A DNA stretch of 32,000 nucleotides from Bifidobacterium longum subsp. longum JCM 1217 (GCF_000196555.1 NC_015067.1:270001-302000); one strand, 5' to 3'; shown: positions 7,401 to 16,251, counted from the stretch's first letter. Program-made: numbers and translations. Notes: a model not told the origin generated them from the letters alone.

Positions 7401-10256
7401 GATGACGGCACATGGGCCCCGATTGCGGATCAGGTGCGCACCCCGAACTACGCGGGCGCGAACTACAACCGTATCCAGTTCACTCCGGTGGAGACCACGA
7501 CCATCCGCGTCACCTTCACGCCGCAGGCCGGCATGGCCGTCGGTGTCAAGGAGATCGAAGCCTACAACACCGGTATCAAGGCTGACGGCACTTCCGAGAA
7601 CCAGACTCCGCAGGTGGATGCTTACGTGTCTTCCAGCACCTCATCTGGTGCCAAGCTCGTCGGTACGGTGAAGGATGACGGTCTGCCCGCAGAAGGCGAC
7701 GTCACCACCACATGGTCCCAGGTCTCCGGTCCGGAAGGCGGTACTGCGAAGTTCGTGGACGCCTCCGCTGCCAGCACCACCGTCACCTTCAACAAGGAGG
7801 GTGACTACGTCCTGAAGCTCACCGCTTCCGATGGCGAGAAGGAAGGCTCCAAGGAAATCACCGTTCACGGCATCCCCTCTGACGGTACCGTGAACGTAGC
7901 CCCGCAGTCGAGCGCCTCTGCCAGCTACACCAACGGCTACCAGCCGAAGGACAACGCCAAGAAGGTCATCGACGGTCAGGTGGTATACGCCAACACGCCG
8001 AACGAGACCTGGAACAACTGGGGCGACTCCACTGGTGTGGAGCCGTGGCTGCAACTGAAGTGGGCCGGCAAGGTGCCGCTGAAGAAGGCCAAGGTCTTCT
8101 TCTGGACCGATGGCGGTGGCGTGCCGATGGTCTCATCTTGGAAGCTCCAGTACGCTGACGCTGACGGTAACTGGCAGGATGTGAAACTGGCTGACGGCCA
8201 GTCCTACACGGTCAACCGGAACGAAGGCAACGAAGTGAAGTTCGCCGACGCCGTCGAAACCGACAAGCTGCGCGTGGTCTTCCCGAAGGGCGCCATCGTG
8301 GGTGCTTCCGAGTTCGAGGCGTACGCCATCGAGCCGGTGAGCGTGGACGAAGTCAACCGACTGGTGCAGACCGGTTCCAAGGCTGATGATCTGAAGCTGC
8401 CATCCACCGTGAGCGCCGTATACACCGACGGTTCTCGCCGTGACCTCGCCGTCACGTGGGGTAAGGTGACCGACGCTCAGCTGGCCGCCGATGCCGTATT
8501 CGATGTCAAGGGCACCGTCGCCGGTGCGCTGAACGGTACGGTTGCACACATCGCGGCTCGTTCCGATACCGCATCGCAGACCGTGGGTAATGCGCAGCCG
8601 GTTGAGCAGACCGTCTACCAGAACGCCAAGTCCATCGACCTGCCCGCCACGGTTCCGGTGAAGTTCCCGAACGGATACAACGACGACCGCAAGGTCACGT
8701 GGAAGGATGCCGACATCAAGGCCATCGACCTGACCAAGGTTGGTGACTACGAGGTGGCTGGTACCGTCGACGACGGTTCATCTTCCGCAGCTGCCAAGCT
8801 CACTGTCCACGTGGTTGCCGACCCGAACGGTTCCTCCACTCCGGAGCCTGAGCCTGAGCCGTTGGTCGGTTGGATTGAAGGCAAGGCGACCAGGACCACC
8901 ATTTCGCCTGATTCCGAGGCGACCTGGTCACCGGCCGAAGGCAAGCTCAACGACGGCGTAGTCGTCGATGATACTTGGCCGACCACGGATGATCAGAACG
9001 TCAACGACAAGGTCTGGGGTTCTTGGGGCAAGGCAAAGGACGGCATGTACGCCCAGTACGACTTCGGTCAGTCCGTGACCATTGACCAGAGCCGCGCCCA
9101 GTTCTGGGCCAACTTCGCTGAGACTGACGATTCGAAGGGTGGTCTGGAAGTCCCGGACGCTTGGAAGATTCAGTACCTCGCCGAGGATGGTTCTTGGAAG
9201 GACGTCGAGCCCACCGAGGATTACACCGTCGTGCGTAATTCGCCGGCTTCTCGTGCGGATACCGATGCCAAGGGTTGGAGCGCTGTGACCTTCAAGCCGG
9301 TCACCACCAAGTCGCTGCGACTCGTGCTCACTCCGTACACCGGCAGCAGCACCTTCGGGGCCGCCGTGGCCGAGTGGGGCGTGCATGGTATTGACGGCAC
9401 CGAGCCTGAACCTACCCCGGTCGACAAGACCGCGCTCGAGTCGGCTCTTGACACAGCCAACGGCCTCGATGCAAGCCGCTACACCGCCGCTTCATGGGCT
9501 GAGTTCCAGCAAATCATTGACGCTGCCCAGGCTGTGTACGACGATGCCAACGCCACCGCAGAACAGGTCGCCGAGCAGGTGACCAAGCTCGAGGACGGCC
9601 AGAAGGCACTCGTTGCGCTCGCCACCGACGTGGAGAAGTCCACGTTGCAGGCGGCCATCGATGCGGCCAAAGCCGAGGCCGCTTCCGGCAAGTACACGGA
9701 TAAGAGTGTCGAGGCCTTGAACAAGGCCATCGAGGCTGCGGAAGGTGTGCTCAAGGTCGGTGAGGTCGGTGAGGTCACTCAGGCCGCCGTCCAGGAAGCG
9801 TCCGCTTCGCTGAACAAGGCCGTCAAGGCCTTGGAAGAGAAGCCCGCCGCCGAAACGGTGAAGAAGGAGTCCCTCGAGGCTTCCATCGAGCAGGCCAAGA
9901 AGGCTGACAAGTCGAAGTACACCGAGGAGGCATGGCAGGCTCTGCAGAGCCAGATTGCCGCCGCTCAGAAGGTGTACGACGACAAGGATGCCAAGCAGGC
10001 CGATGTCGATGCCGCACAGGATGCCCTTGACAAGGCATTTTGGGCCACCAAGGTTGAGCAGAAGCCCGGCTCCCAGCAGCCTGGTGTGACCGACACTGAT
10101 AAGGATGATAAGGACAACAAGGGTGATCGTGTGCCTCCGACTGGTGCCGCGGTTTCCGTAGTTGCTGCGGCTGCCGTGCTGCTCACCGCCGCAGGCGTGA
10201 CCATCCTGAAGCGTCGCCAGTCCGGCGACCACGGTTCGGCTCGCCACTCGGCCTGA
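4425..10256 (+). CDS. hypBA2: Secreted, cell-wall-anchored GH121 beta-L-arabinobiosidase, multidomain (1943 aa)
   Basis: The ATG at 4425 has ggagagg 13 nt upstream and gives a Sec signal peptide (MHHSTRKRWLASIGAVAAVATLATGGAVTAQA/AD). The 1943-aa length matches my recollection of HypBA2. The large N-terminal catalytic region is followed by F5/8-type-C (CBM32-like) modules, an Ig/PKD-like module, Big_4-like repeats (LPSTVSAVYTDGSRRDLAVTWGKV; LPATVPVKFPNGYNDDRKVTWKD) and three FIVAR-like helical repeats. The C-terminal sorting signal is VPPTG + hydrophobic helix + KRRQS. The ORF-track start at 4368 has no RBS or signal-peptide logic. Confidence 0.88.
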   Translation: MHHSTRKRWLASIGAVAAVATLATGGAVTAQAADAPVIKNADVAYPSFKGSDDPMKTAANNTTYNPAVSYLQETFDNDVKNLAGIDTDHDFWIDKILTRTGAQPTGKGTNDKGAYSYEGSDGNNYLFTRGRAAYMYTHTPNQLGFVGDTAYWDQTSRSGFTVTVNADGSNQTLNEDASQRKQTPSYFTSLFQTGGKSLKIKEVKYITYNNVMVANLTVESTQDRDVTLTTASPFAAEGADGATELTGRVNVKNNLTTIYPRFSANNQDGSNWIVSGGKLTSTLSLKANEPQTVKIQLGLIANELPDSTKEYEARYTGDLKDAAASYKDSVTTYNKWWVDNAPYVDTPEDNIDKTVVYRWWLSRFNMLDANMPGNTFQYPTSIEGVLGYNNQIVLTSGMFMMDTKWFRNPEYSYGTWLSAGDTAKKSKAGYYYYHDNPGDPANWNHSYTQYITRAGWDSYKVHGGPSTVAEELADQGAEDVQGLLASKSEPDNNDNQNNNDNSLIDWSWWSMTGNDADAVSFSEPGRSGQRMDRADGSANMWANANAAAQAYKAAGDTANAEKMQAIADKIQKEVTTELWDKSDNLLKHKWLNDGAFAKYKEINNYYPYSEGLMPTGNEDYNKALRLFEDSNEFPIFPFFTANQADKAALNFPGSNNFSIINAQPLLQVYSAGIRNYDAAKNGYITNEQFKKLLYWVAFAHYQGGDNNYPDQNEFWNEDNNNVGDVNGDGVINNLDKNLDAAQNGGKITYRSWIHHTQLGTTNWTMVEDVAGMVPREDNKIELNPIEIPGWNYFTVNNLRYHDQDVSIVWDKDGSHYGGPAGYSLYVGGKLAFTSDKLAHLIYDPAAGTVEVKDDSSAQVTVGAEAVKNVKAANQVTFNADQRVTDLFAKSGTNVDSASKSTTNVAKDADVTGTTYAEKDTNYPAKNAVDGKTVMESFWGTKGSENKTDTLNIKFKDGKQKIDDIRLYFYQSSSSQTISGYAEPANYKLEYQKDDGTWAPIADQVRTPNYAGANYNRIQFTPVETTTIRVTFTPQAGMAVGVKEIEAYNTGIKADGTSENQTPQVDAYVSSSTSSGAKLVGTVKDDGLPAEGDVTTTWSQVSGPEGGTAKFVDASAASTTVTFNKEGDYVLKLTASDGEKEGSKEITVHGIPSDGTVNVAPQSSASASYTNGYQPKDNAKKVIDGQVVYANTPNETWNNWGDSTGVEPWLQLKWAGKVPLKKAKVFFWTDGGGVPMVSSWKLQYADADGNWQDVKLADGQSYTVNRNEGNEVKFADAVETDKLRVVFPKGAIVGASEFEAYAIEPVSVDEVNRLVQTGSKADDLKLPSTVSAVYTDGSRRDLAVTWGKVTDAQLAADAVFDVKGTVAGALNGTVAHIAARSDTASQTVGNAQPVEQTVYQNAKSIDLPATVPVKFPNGYNDDRKVTWKDADIKAIDLTKVGDYEVAGTVDDGSSSAAAKLTVHVVADPNGSSTPEPEPEPLVGWIEGKATRTTISPDSEATWSPAEGKLNDGVVVDDTWPTTDDQNVNDKVWGSWGKAKDGMYAQYDFGQSVTIDQSRAQFWANFAETDDSKGGLEVPDAWKIQYLAEDGSWKDVEPTEDYTVVRNSPASRADTDAKGWSAVTFKPVTTKSLRLVLTPYTGSSTFGAAVAEWGVHGIDGTEPEPTPVDKTALESALDTANGLDASRYTAASWAEFQQIIDAAQAVYDDANATAEQVAEQVTKLEDGQKALVALATDVEKSTLQAAIDAAKAEAASGKYTDKSVEALNKAIEAAEGVLKVGEVGEVTQAAVQEASASLNKAVKALEEKPAAETVKKESLEASIEQAKKADKSKYTEEAWQALQSQIAAAQKVYDDKDAKQADVDAAQDALDKAFWATKVEQKPGSQQPGVTDTDKDDKDNKGDRVPPTGAAVSVVAAAAVLLTAAGVTILKRRQSGDHGSARHSA

Positions 10257-10282
10257 CCCGCAACGGAGTCATTCTGCCGAGT

Positions 10283-10316
10283 GAGCCCCCTCACAGAGGG
10301 GGCTCTAGCCTTTTCC
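10283..10316 (+). terminator. Rho-independent terminator after hypBA2
   Basis: Stem gagccccctc / gagggggctc with loop aca, followed by tagccttttcc. Confidence 0.7.
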
Positions 10317-10360
10317 TTCTACCCATCATTACTCTTTTCACTCACTCAATGAGGAGCACT

Positions 10361-13300
10361 ATGAGTTTCCATGTATCCGCGCAATCGGTTCGCGCGGTGG
10401 CCGGTGGACTCGTCGCCGCAGCGACATTGCTGTCAGGCCTTGCCCTTGCGCCGACCGCAATGGCCGCCGATTCAGCCACCGCTGACAACGCGCCCAGCGT
10501 TGCCGGTCACGCGTATAACGAACTGCCGTATAACAATCCTGATGTCACCGTCACCCAAATCGACAATAGCGCACTGCCCAGCTACATGCGCAACCCCATC
10601 GGGCAGAACGAGGGTATTGACACCCCGAACGATCTTTCGCAGAACTACTACTCTGCAGATGCATCCGCGCTGAGCTATGACGGCAAACTCTTCGTCTTCA
10701 CCGGTCACGATGAGGCTTCGCCCGACTACGGCTCCTTCAACATGAAGGACTGGGGCGTATACGTCACCGATGAAGACGGCCTGAATCAAGGCAAATGGAC
10801 ACATTACAAGACCATCGCCAAGGCAGGCCTGTTCAGCTGGGCCACCGGCGATGGCGCGTACGCCGGCCAAGTCGTAGCCGACGATAACGGCACCCCGAGC
10901 GACACTTCCGATGATTGGTTCTACTACTACGTGCCGGTGAAGGACAAGGCTTCTGAGGCGGCTGGACAGGACCCGTTCGCCATCGGCGTGGCCAAGTCGA
11001 AGAGTCCGCTCGGCCCGTGGAAGGATGCCATCGGCAAGCCGCTGCTCACCACATCGCAAACCCAGATTGAAACCATCGATCCGGCATTCTTTGTGGACGA
11101 GGATGGCACCGGATATTTGCACTTTGGTACGTTCGGCACTCAGCTCGCCATCAAGATGAAGAAGGACGCCACAACCGGCCGCACCTCATACACCGAGGTG
11201 GAAACCAAGGCTGATGGCACCACGCCGAACCTCCACACCATGAAGGACGCGGACAGCAACGCGAACGGCCCGAAGGGATTCTTCGAGGCGGCGTGGGTGT
11301 TCCGTAAGGGCGATACCTATTACAACGTGTACGACGGCGGTAAGCCCGGTTCGGGCACGGCCACCTGCGTGGAATCGAACTATCAAGCTTGCATCCAGTA
11401 CTCCACTTCCGACAGCCCGCTCGGCCCATGGAAGTACCAAGGCGTAATCGTGCCTTCTGGCTCGGCCACCACGATGCACCCCTCGGTGCTCCAGTTCGGC
11501 GACAAATGGTATGTGACCTATCACACCGGCGACAAGGAAGGCGGCACCGATTTCCGCCGTGCCGTGTGCATTGATGAAGTCGATTGGACCGCCGACGGCC
11601 AGATGGTTTCCACCGCCCATCCAACCAAGGCCGAGAAAACGCAGCCCTCCACCAACGTGGCTCCGTACGCAAAGGTGAGCGCCACGTTCACTGAAACGCC
11701 TGCTTGGAAGGGTTCGGTGAACGACGGCCGTGTGTTGCAAACCGCTGTGGTCCCGCCGAATCACTGGACCAACTACCGTTCTATCCCGCAATCGCAGTCC
11801 GGCGATTCTCTGGTCTACCAATGGGATGGCACTGTGCGCGTCAACTCGTCTAAGGTTTGGTTCGACGTGGATTCCAACGCTCTGCGCGCGCCCGCCTCGT
11901 GGAAGATTCAGTACTTGGACGCGGACGGCACATGGAAGGATGTCACCAACCCGAGTGCCTATACAACGACCACAGGCAAGGCCAACCCCAACGCCGTCAC
12001 CTTCGATGCGGTGACCACTACTGCCTTAAAGCTCGACATGACCGGTCAAGCTGTGGATGGCGGCTATGCCTCCGTGGCCGTTGCTGAATGGGAAGTCGGC
12101 TCCGACTCCAGCGAATCGCCGGCAATCACTGCGCCGAAGAGCGTGACCACCGCCACCGGTACTGCGCCTACTCTGCCGGCCACAGTGGATGTGAAGTACG
12201 GGAACCCAACCGTTGCCTCCCCAGTAATTTGGCGTCCAGTTGATGCTTCCTCGTATGCCAAGGTCGGTTCGTTTACGGCCTACGGCGTGGTCGCCGGCGT
12301 GCCCGGTGAGGCAAGCGAGCAGGGCAATGTGTCGGTAAATGTCACCGTGCAGGACGGCTACCAGCCTGCCGCTGATACCACGAAGCCGACTGTAACCGTT
12401 GCCGTTACTGCTAACGCAGGCAATAGCGAGTGGCTCACCACCGCTCCGTTCGCCACCGTGCAGGCCACGGACGACACCGCACCTATCGCCAAGCTGGAGA
12501 TTTCCGCTGATCAAGGCAAGAGCTGGACCACCATCGACGCGAATGCAAACGCGGCCATTGCCACGCTTTCCCAGCAGGGCGATGTCGAAGTGTGGGCTCG
12601 CGCCACCGATCAGGCCGGCAACGTTTCCGACGTGGCCAAGGCCGGCGGCAAGGTGGACTCCGCCGCGCCAACCGTGACCGCCGCCGCCGATAAGGAGGAG
12701 CGCACGCTGACCTTGACCGCTGATGACGGCACCGGTTCCGGTGTCGCATCAATTGAATACCGCATTGGCACAGACGGTCAATGGGCCACGTACAGCAAGC
12801 CGATTGCTGCACCGAGCGCGTCGCGCGCCACCGTGTACTACCGCGCCACCGATAAGGCCGGCAACGTGTCCGCTTCGGCGAAAACCGACATTCCATCCGA
12901 CACTTCCGTGCCGCTGACCGGCTACATTGAGGGCGATGCCACCGCCACCGATGTGGACGGCAAGGCATCCGGCTGGGTCAAGGGTGCCGCCGCGTTGAAC
13001 GACGGCAAGATCATTCCCGATATCACCATTGCCAACGAGGATGTCTGGGGCACTTGGCCCAACACCGGTGAGATGCGCCTCGACTACGAGTGGGACCGTG
13101 AAGTGACTATCGACTCTAGCCGCGTGCAATTCACCTCGGATGATGGCGGATTGGGTATTCCGGCATCGTGGGAATTGCAGTACTGGGACGCCTTGGCGAA
13201 CAACGGTGCCGGCAACTTCGTGGATATTCCCGACGCCACCTACACTGTGACCGCCAATTCACCGTCTGCTGGCTGGGCCACCGGCGATGCCAAGGGGTGG

Positions 13301-14077
13301 TCTGATGGCACGTGGAACACTCCGGTCAAGACTACCAAGTTGCGTATGGTTATCACGTCCGGCTCGGCTTCTCCGGCTGTTGCCGAATGGCAGGTTCATG
13401 CCATTGACGACAGTACGCCTGAGCCGCCTGAGCCCACACCGATCGACAAGACCGAGCTCAAGCAGGCGCTCGCTGACTCGCCTAAGGCTGACGATGCCTC
13501 CAAGTACACCGAGACTTCATGGGCGGAGTACGCGGCGGTATTGGATTCGGCGCAGCAGGTGTATAAGGCTGAGGATGCCACCGAAGCTGCGGTGGTGGAT
13601 GCCGCAACCCAGCTGAAGCAGGCAGCGAAGAAGCTGGTGCTTGTAGCTACGGTGCAAGATCGTGCCGCGCTGAGCGCTCAGCTCGATGCCGCTGCTGCCG
13701 TGGATCGCACAAAGTGGACTGATGAATCGCTGGCCGTGCTTGATTCGGCAGTCGCTATGGCGAATGCGCTGACGAGTGATGGTCAGGCCGCCCAGTCTGA
13801 CGTACAGGCTGCGACTGAGGCAATCAGCGATGCCATCGCGGGTCTGGTTGAGAAGAGCACCACGAAGCCTGGCCAGGGTGGCGATAAGCCCGGTTCCGGC
13901 ACGGACAAGCCCAACCAAGGCAACGATTCCAACCAGAACAAGGGTGATGCAGACTCCGGCAAGCACAAGAAGATACCTGACACCGGTGCAGCCGTGCTTG
14001 GTGTTGGCATCCTCGCCGTGGTACTTGCTGTTGCGGGTGTAATCATCCTCAAGCGCCGCAAGTCCGGTACCTGCTAG
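10361..14077 (+). CDS. hypAA: Secreted, cell-wall-anchored GH43 alpha-L-arabinofuranosidase, multidomain
   Basis: GAGGAG lies at 10351-10356, just upstream of the ATG at 10361; the alternative ATG at 10349 has no RBS. Signal peptide ...LALAPTAMA/AD. GH43 five-bladed-propeller signatures are present (IDPAFFVDEDGTGYLHFG; FFEAAWVFRKGDTYY). These are followed by F5/8-type-C modules, a Big_4-like repeat, two Ig-like repeats, two FIVAR-like repeats, and the sorting signal IPDTG + hydrophobic helix + KRRKS. Confidence 0.85.
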   Translation: MSFHVSAQSVRAVAGGLVAAATLLSGLALAPTAMAADSATADNAPSVAGHAYNELPYNNPDVTVTQIDNSALPSYMRNPIGQNEGIDTPNDLSQNYYSADASALSYDGKLFVFTGHDEASPDYGSFNMKDWGVYVTDEDGLNQGKWTHYKTIAKAGLFSWATGDGAYAGQVVADDNGTPSDTSDDWFYYYVPVKDKASEAAGQDPFAIGVAKSKSPLGPWKDAIGKPLLTTSQTQIETIDPAFFVDEDGTGYLHFGTFGTQLAIKMKKDATTGRTSYTEVETKADGTTPNLHTMKDADSNANGPKGFFEAAWVFRKGDTYYNVYDGGKPGSGTATCVESNYQACIQYSTSDSPLGPWKYQGVIVPSGSATTMHPSVLQFGDKWYVTYHTGDKEGGTDFRRAVCIDEVDWTADGQMVSTAHPTKAEKTQPSTNVAPYAKVSATFTETPAWKGSVNDGRVLQTAVVPPNHWTNYRSIPQSQSGDSLVYQWDGTVRVNSSKVWFDVDSNALRAPASWKIQYLDADGTWKDVTNPSAYTTTTGKANPNAVTFDAVTTTALKLDMTGQAVDGGYASVAVAEWEVGSDSSESPAITAPKSVTTATGTAPTLPATVDVKYGNPTVASPVIWRPVDASSYAKVGSFTAYGVVAGVPGEASEQGNVSVNVTVQDGYQPAADTTKPTVTVAVTANAGNSEWLTTAPFATVQATDDTAPIAKLEISADQGKSWTTIDANANAAIATLSQQGDVEVWARATDQAGNVSDVAKAGGKVDSAAPTVTAAADKEERTLTLTADDGTGSGVASIEYRIGTDGQWATYSKPIAAPSASRATVYYRATDKAGNVSASAKTDIPSDTSVPLTGYIEGDATATDVDGKASGWVKGAAALNDGKIIPDITIANEDVWGTWPNTGEMRLDYEWDREVTIDSSRVQFTSDDGGLGIPASWELQYWDALANNGAGNFVDIPDATYTVTANSPSAGWATGDAKGWSDGTWNTPVKTTKLRMVITSGSASPAVAEWQVHAIDDSTPEPPEPTPIDKTELKQALADSPKADDASKYTETSWAEYAAVLDSAQQVYKAEDATEAAVVDAATQLKQAAKKLVLVATVQDRAALSAQLDAAAAVDRTKWTDESLAVLDSAVAMANALTSDGQAAQSDVQAATEAISDAIAGLVEKSTTKPGQGGDKPGSGTDKPNQGNDSNQNKGDADSGKHKKIPDTGAAVLGVGILAVVLAVAGVIILKRRKSGTC

Positions 14078-14105
14078 TCCCACTCGCTCGGCCTAGCATC
14101 ACCAA

Positions 14106-14142
14106 GCCCCCGCGCATGAACAGCGGGGGCTTCACTTTTGTT
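14106..14142 (+). terminator. Rho-independent terminator after hypAA
   Basis: Stem gcccccgc / gcgggggc with loop gcatgaaca, followed by ttcacttttgtt. Confidence 0.65.
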
Positions 14143-14207
14143 CAATAACAAGCATTATGTGCGCGTATGAGACTACGATGGTGGGGAATCTACGAACAGG
14201 GGCAGCA

Positions 14208-15041
14208 ATGACGGCATACATGGACCATAAGGATCTCGCCAACGAAGTTATCGATCAGGCGCGCGCACAAGAGATTACTGATGGTGTGCATCGCGTGCTT
14301 GACCGGATTGCCTCAGCGGAGTCCGCAGCCGGGCGTGCTGCCGGTTCGGTCCAATTGCTGGCTGCCACCAAGACGCGCGATGTCGGCGAGATTCTGGCGG
14401 CTATCGATGCTGGTATTCGCGTGATTGGTGAGAATCGTCCACAGGAGATTACTGTCAAGGCTGACGGTCTGGCAAAACGACTGGGGGAGCGTGGTTATTC
14501 GCTAGGCGTGATTGATGCCGCTGAGGCTGACACGGCCAATGCCGCAGCTGCAACGCATATTCCTTTCCATCTCATCGGCCAATTGCAAGCCAATAAAATC
14601 GGCAAGGTGCTGCCGGTAGTGGACACCATCGAATCCGTGGATTCCATCGAACTGGCGGAAAAGATCGCCCGCCGTGCCACCATGCGCGGCATCACGGTCG
14701 GCGTGTTGCTGGAGGTGAACGAATCCGGCGAGGAATCGAAGTCCGGCTGTGCGCCCAGCCACGCCATCGACTTGGCCCAGCGCATCGGTGCGATGGGCGG
14801 ACTGCGCTTGCAGGGATTGATGACCATTGGCGCCCATGTGGATGATGAGCGCACGATTCGTGCGGGCTTCGCGCATCTGCGCCGCACGCGCGACCAGATT
14901 ATTGCCTCCGGTGCCGAAGGCACGGCCGACTGCACCGAACTGTCCATGGGCATGACCCACGACATGACCTACGCCATCGAAGAAGGCTCCACCATCGTGC
15001 GCGTCGGCACCGCCATCTTCGGCGAGCGCGCCTTCATCTGA
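14208..15041 (+). CDS. yggS: YggS-family pyridoxal-phosphate homeostasis protein (start uncertain: 14157, 14178, 14208 or 14220)
   Basis: Family motifs are present: LLAATKTRD (PLP lysine), GENRPQE, HLIGQLQANK, LSMGMTHD, VRVGTAIFG. About 20 extra residues (GYSLGVIDAAEADTANAAAATH) lie between the ENR and HLIG motifs compared with E. coli YggS as I recall it. Confidence 0.85.
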   Translation: MTAYMDHKDLANEVIDQARAQEITDGVHRVLDRIASAESAAGRAAGSVQLLAATKTRDVGEILAAIDAGIRVIGENRPQEITVKADGLAKRLGERGYSLGVIDAAEADTANAAAATHIPFHLIGQLQANKIGKVLPVVDTIESVDSIELAEKIARRATMRGITVGVLLEVNESGEESKSGCAPSHAIDLAQRIGAMGGLRLQGLMTIGAHVDDERTIRAGFAHLRRTRDQIIASGAEGTADCTELSMGMTHDMTYAIEEGSTIVRVGTAIFGERAFI

Positions 15042-15054
15042 TTGGAGCTATACG

Positions 15055-15093
15055 AAAAAACGCCGCTTGATCAATAGCCAAGCGGCGTTTTTT
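15055..15093. terminator. Bidirectional rho-independent terminator between convergent yggS and prs
   Basis: aaaaaa-cgccgcttg-atcaatagc-caagcggcg-tttttt. The 9-bp stem is perfect and is flanked by an A-run and a T-run. Confidence 0.8.
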
Positions 15094-15116
15094 CGTAAGG
15101 ATTTTCGGCGTATCAA

Positions 15117-16130
15117 TCACGCATAGATATTGCGCGGACGCATGTCCTCGGGCAGGCCGTCGAGCAGAATCGCCACGGAACCTTCCTCGAACACGGAGCG
15201 AATACCCGCGGCCAGCAGCGGTGCGCAAGACAGTACGGTCATATTCGGCAGGCGCTTCTCTTCGGGAATCGGCACGGTGTCCATAAACACGATTTCATGC
15301 GCGCCGCAGTGAGACAGGCGCTCCACGGCCGGGCCGGAGAGCAGGCCATGGGTGGCGACCAGCGTCACCGACTTGGCGCCGGATTCGTTCAGGGTGCGCA
15401 CGGCTTCGCAGATAGTACCGGCGGTATCGACCATGTCGTCGATGACCACGCAGTCGCGGCCGTCGACATCGCCGATAATGCCATGTGCCTCGGCATGGTT
15501 CGGACGAGTAATATCACGCTGTTTGTGGATGAATGCCAGCGGCAGATTGCCTAGCTTGGCGGCCCACTGTTCGGACACCTTGATACGGCCGGCATCCGGG
15601 GACACGATGGTGGTGTTGCCCAGATCAAGGGTGGAACGCACGTAATCGAGCAGCACCGGCATGGCGGTTAGATGATCGACCGGACCATCGAAGAAACCCT
15701 GCTCCTGAGCGGCGTGCAGATCGACCGTCATAATGCGGTCTGCACCGGCGGCGTGGAACAGATCGAAAATCAGACGGGCGGTGATGGGCTCACGACCGCG
15801 GTGCTTCTTATCCTGGCGCGAGTAGCCGAGGAAGGGCGCCACCACGGTAATCGACTTGGCGGAGGCGCGCTTCAAAGCGTCGATCATGATGAGCTGTTCC
15901 ATGATCCACTTGTTGATATCGCCCGAATGACACTGCAGCACGAACACGTCCGCACCACGCACCGGTTCGGTGAAACGCACGTACATCTCGCCATTGGCAA
16001 AGTCATAGGACGTGGTTTCGAGGATTTCGGTTCCCAAACATTCGGCCACCTTCTCAGCTAGCTCGGGGTAGGCGCGGCCCGTGACCAATACGAGTCGTTT
16101 ATCCGGAGTGCCTTCAAGAATCGCCGACAT
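15117..16130 (-). CDS. prs: Ribose-phosphate pyrophosphokinase (PRPP synthetase)
   Basis: Starting at MSAILEG (ATG at 16130, aaagga 9 nt upstream) gives 337 aa. Motifs present: DLHAAQEQGFF, YSRQDKK, and the PRPP loop VVIDDMVDTAGT. The upstream 20 codons in the ORF track have no RBS. Confidence 0.93.
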   Translation of the reverse strand: MSAILEGTPDKRLVLVTGRAYPELAEKVAECLGTEILETTSYDFANGEMYVRFTEPVRGADVFVLQCHSGDINKWIMEQLIMIDALKRASAKSITVVAPFLGYSRQDKKHRGREPITARLIFDLFHAAGADRIMTVDLHAAQEQGFFDGPVDHLTAMPVLLDYVRSTLDLGNTTIVSPDAGRIKVSEQWAAKLGNLPLAFIHKQRDITRPNHAEAHGIIGDVDGRDCVVIDDMVDTAGTICEAVRTLNESGAKSVTLVATHGLLSGPAVERLSHCGAHEIVFMDTVPIPEEKRLPNMTVLSCAPLLAAGIRSVFEEGSVAILLDGLPEDMRPRNIYA

Positions 16131-16186
16131 GCGTTCGCATCCTTTGTTTGAGTCGCTGTGTGATTTACGCCTTAACCAGTGTACAA

Positions 16187-16220
16187 GCACCCCGCCGCAG
16201 CGAACGCCACGGCGGGGTGC
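16187..16220 (-). terminator. Strong stem-loop (11-bp perfect stem) after the 16252-16734 gene; probable terminator without a U-tract
   Basis: gcaccccgccg-cagcgaacgcca-cggcggggtgc. No T-run follows on the minus strand and only a weak one (ttatttcg) on the plus strand. Tail-less terminators are common in Actinobacteria. Confidence 0.45.
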
Positions 16221-16251
16221 TTATTTCGTAAGAGTGTTGAGATTGCCGAAA

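Noticed and set aside
1-14142. The hyp locus might be a mobile genomic island bounded by repeats or a tRNA.
   Set aside because: There is no integrase, transposase or direct-repeat boundary, and no obvious compositional shift by eye. The only repeat is internal (3913-4020), and tRNA-Lys is ~4.7 kb away behind core genes. Strain-variable presence would need comparative genomics.
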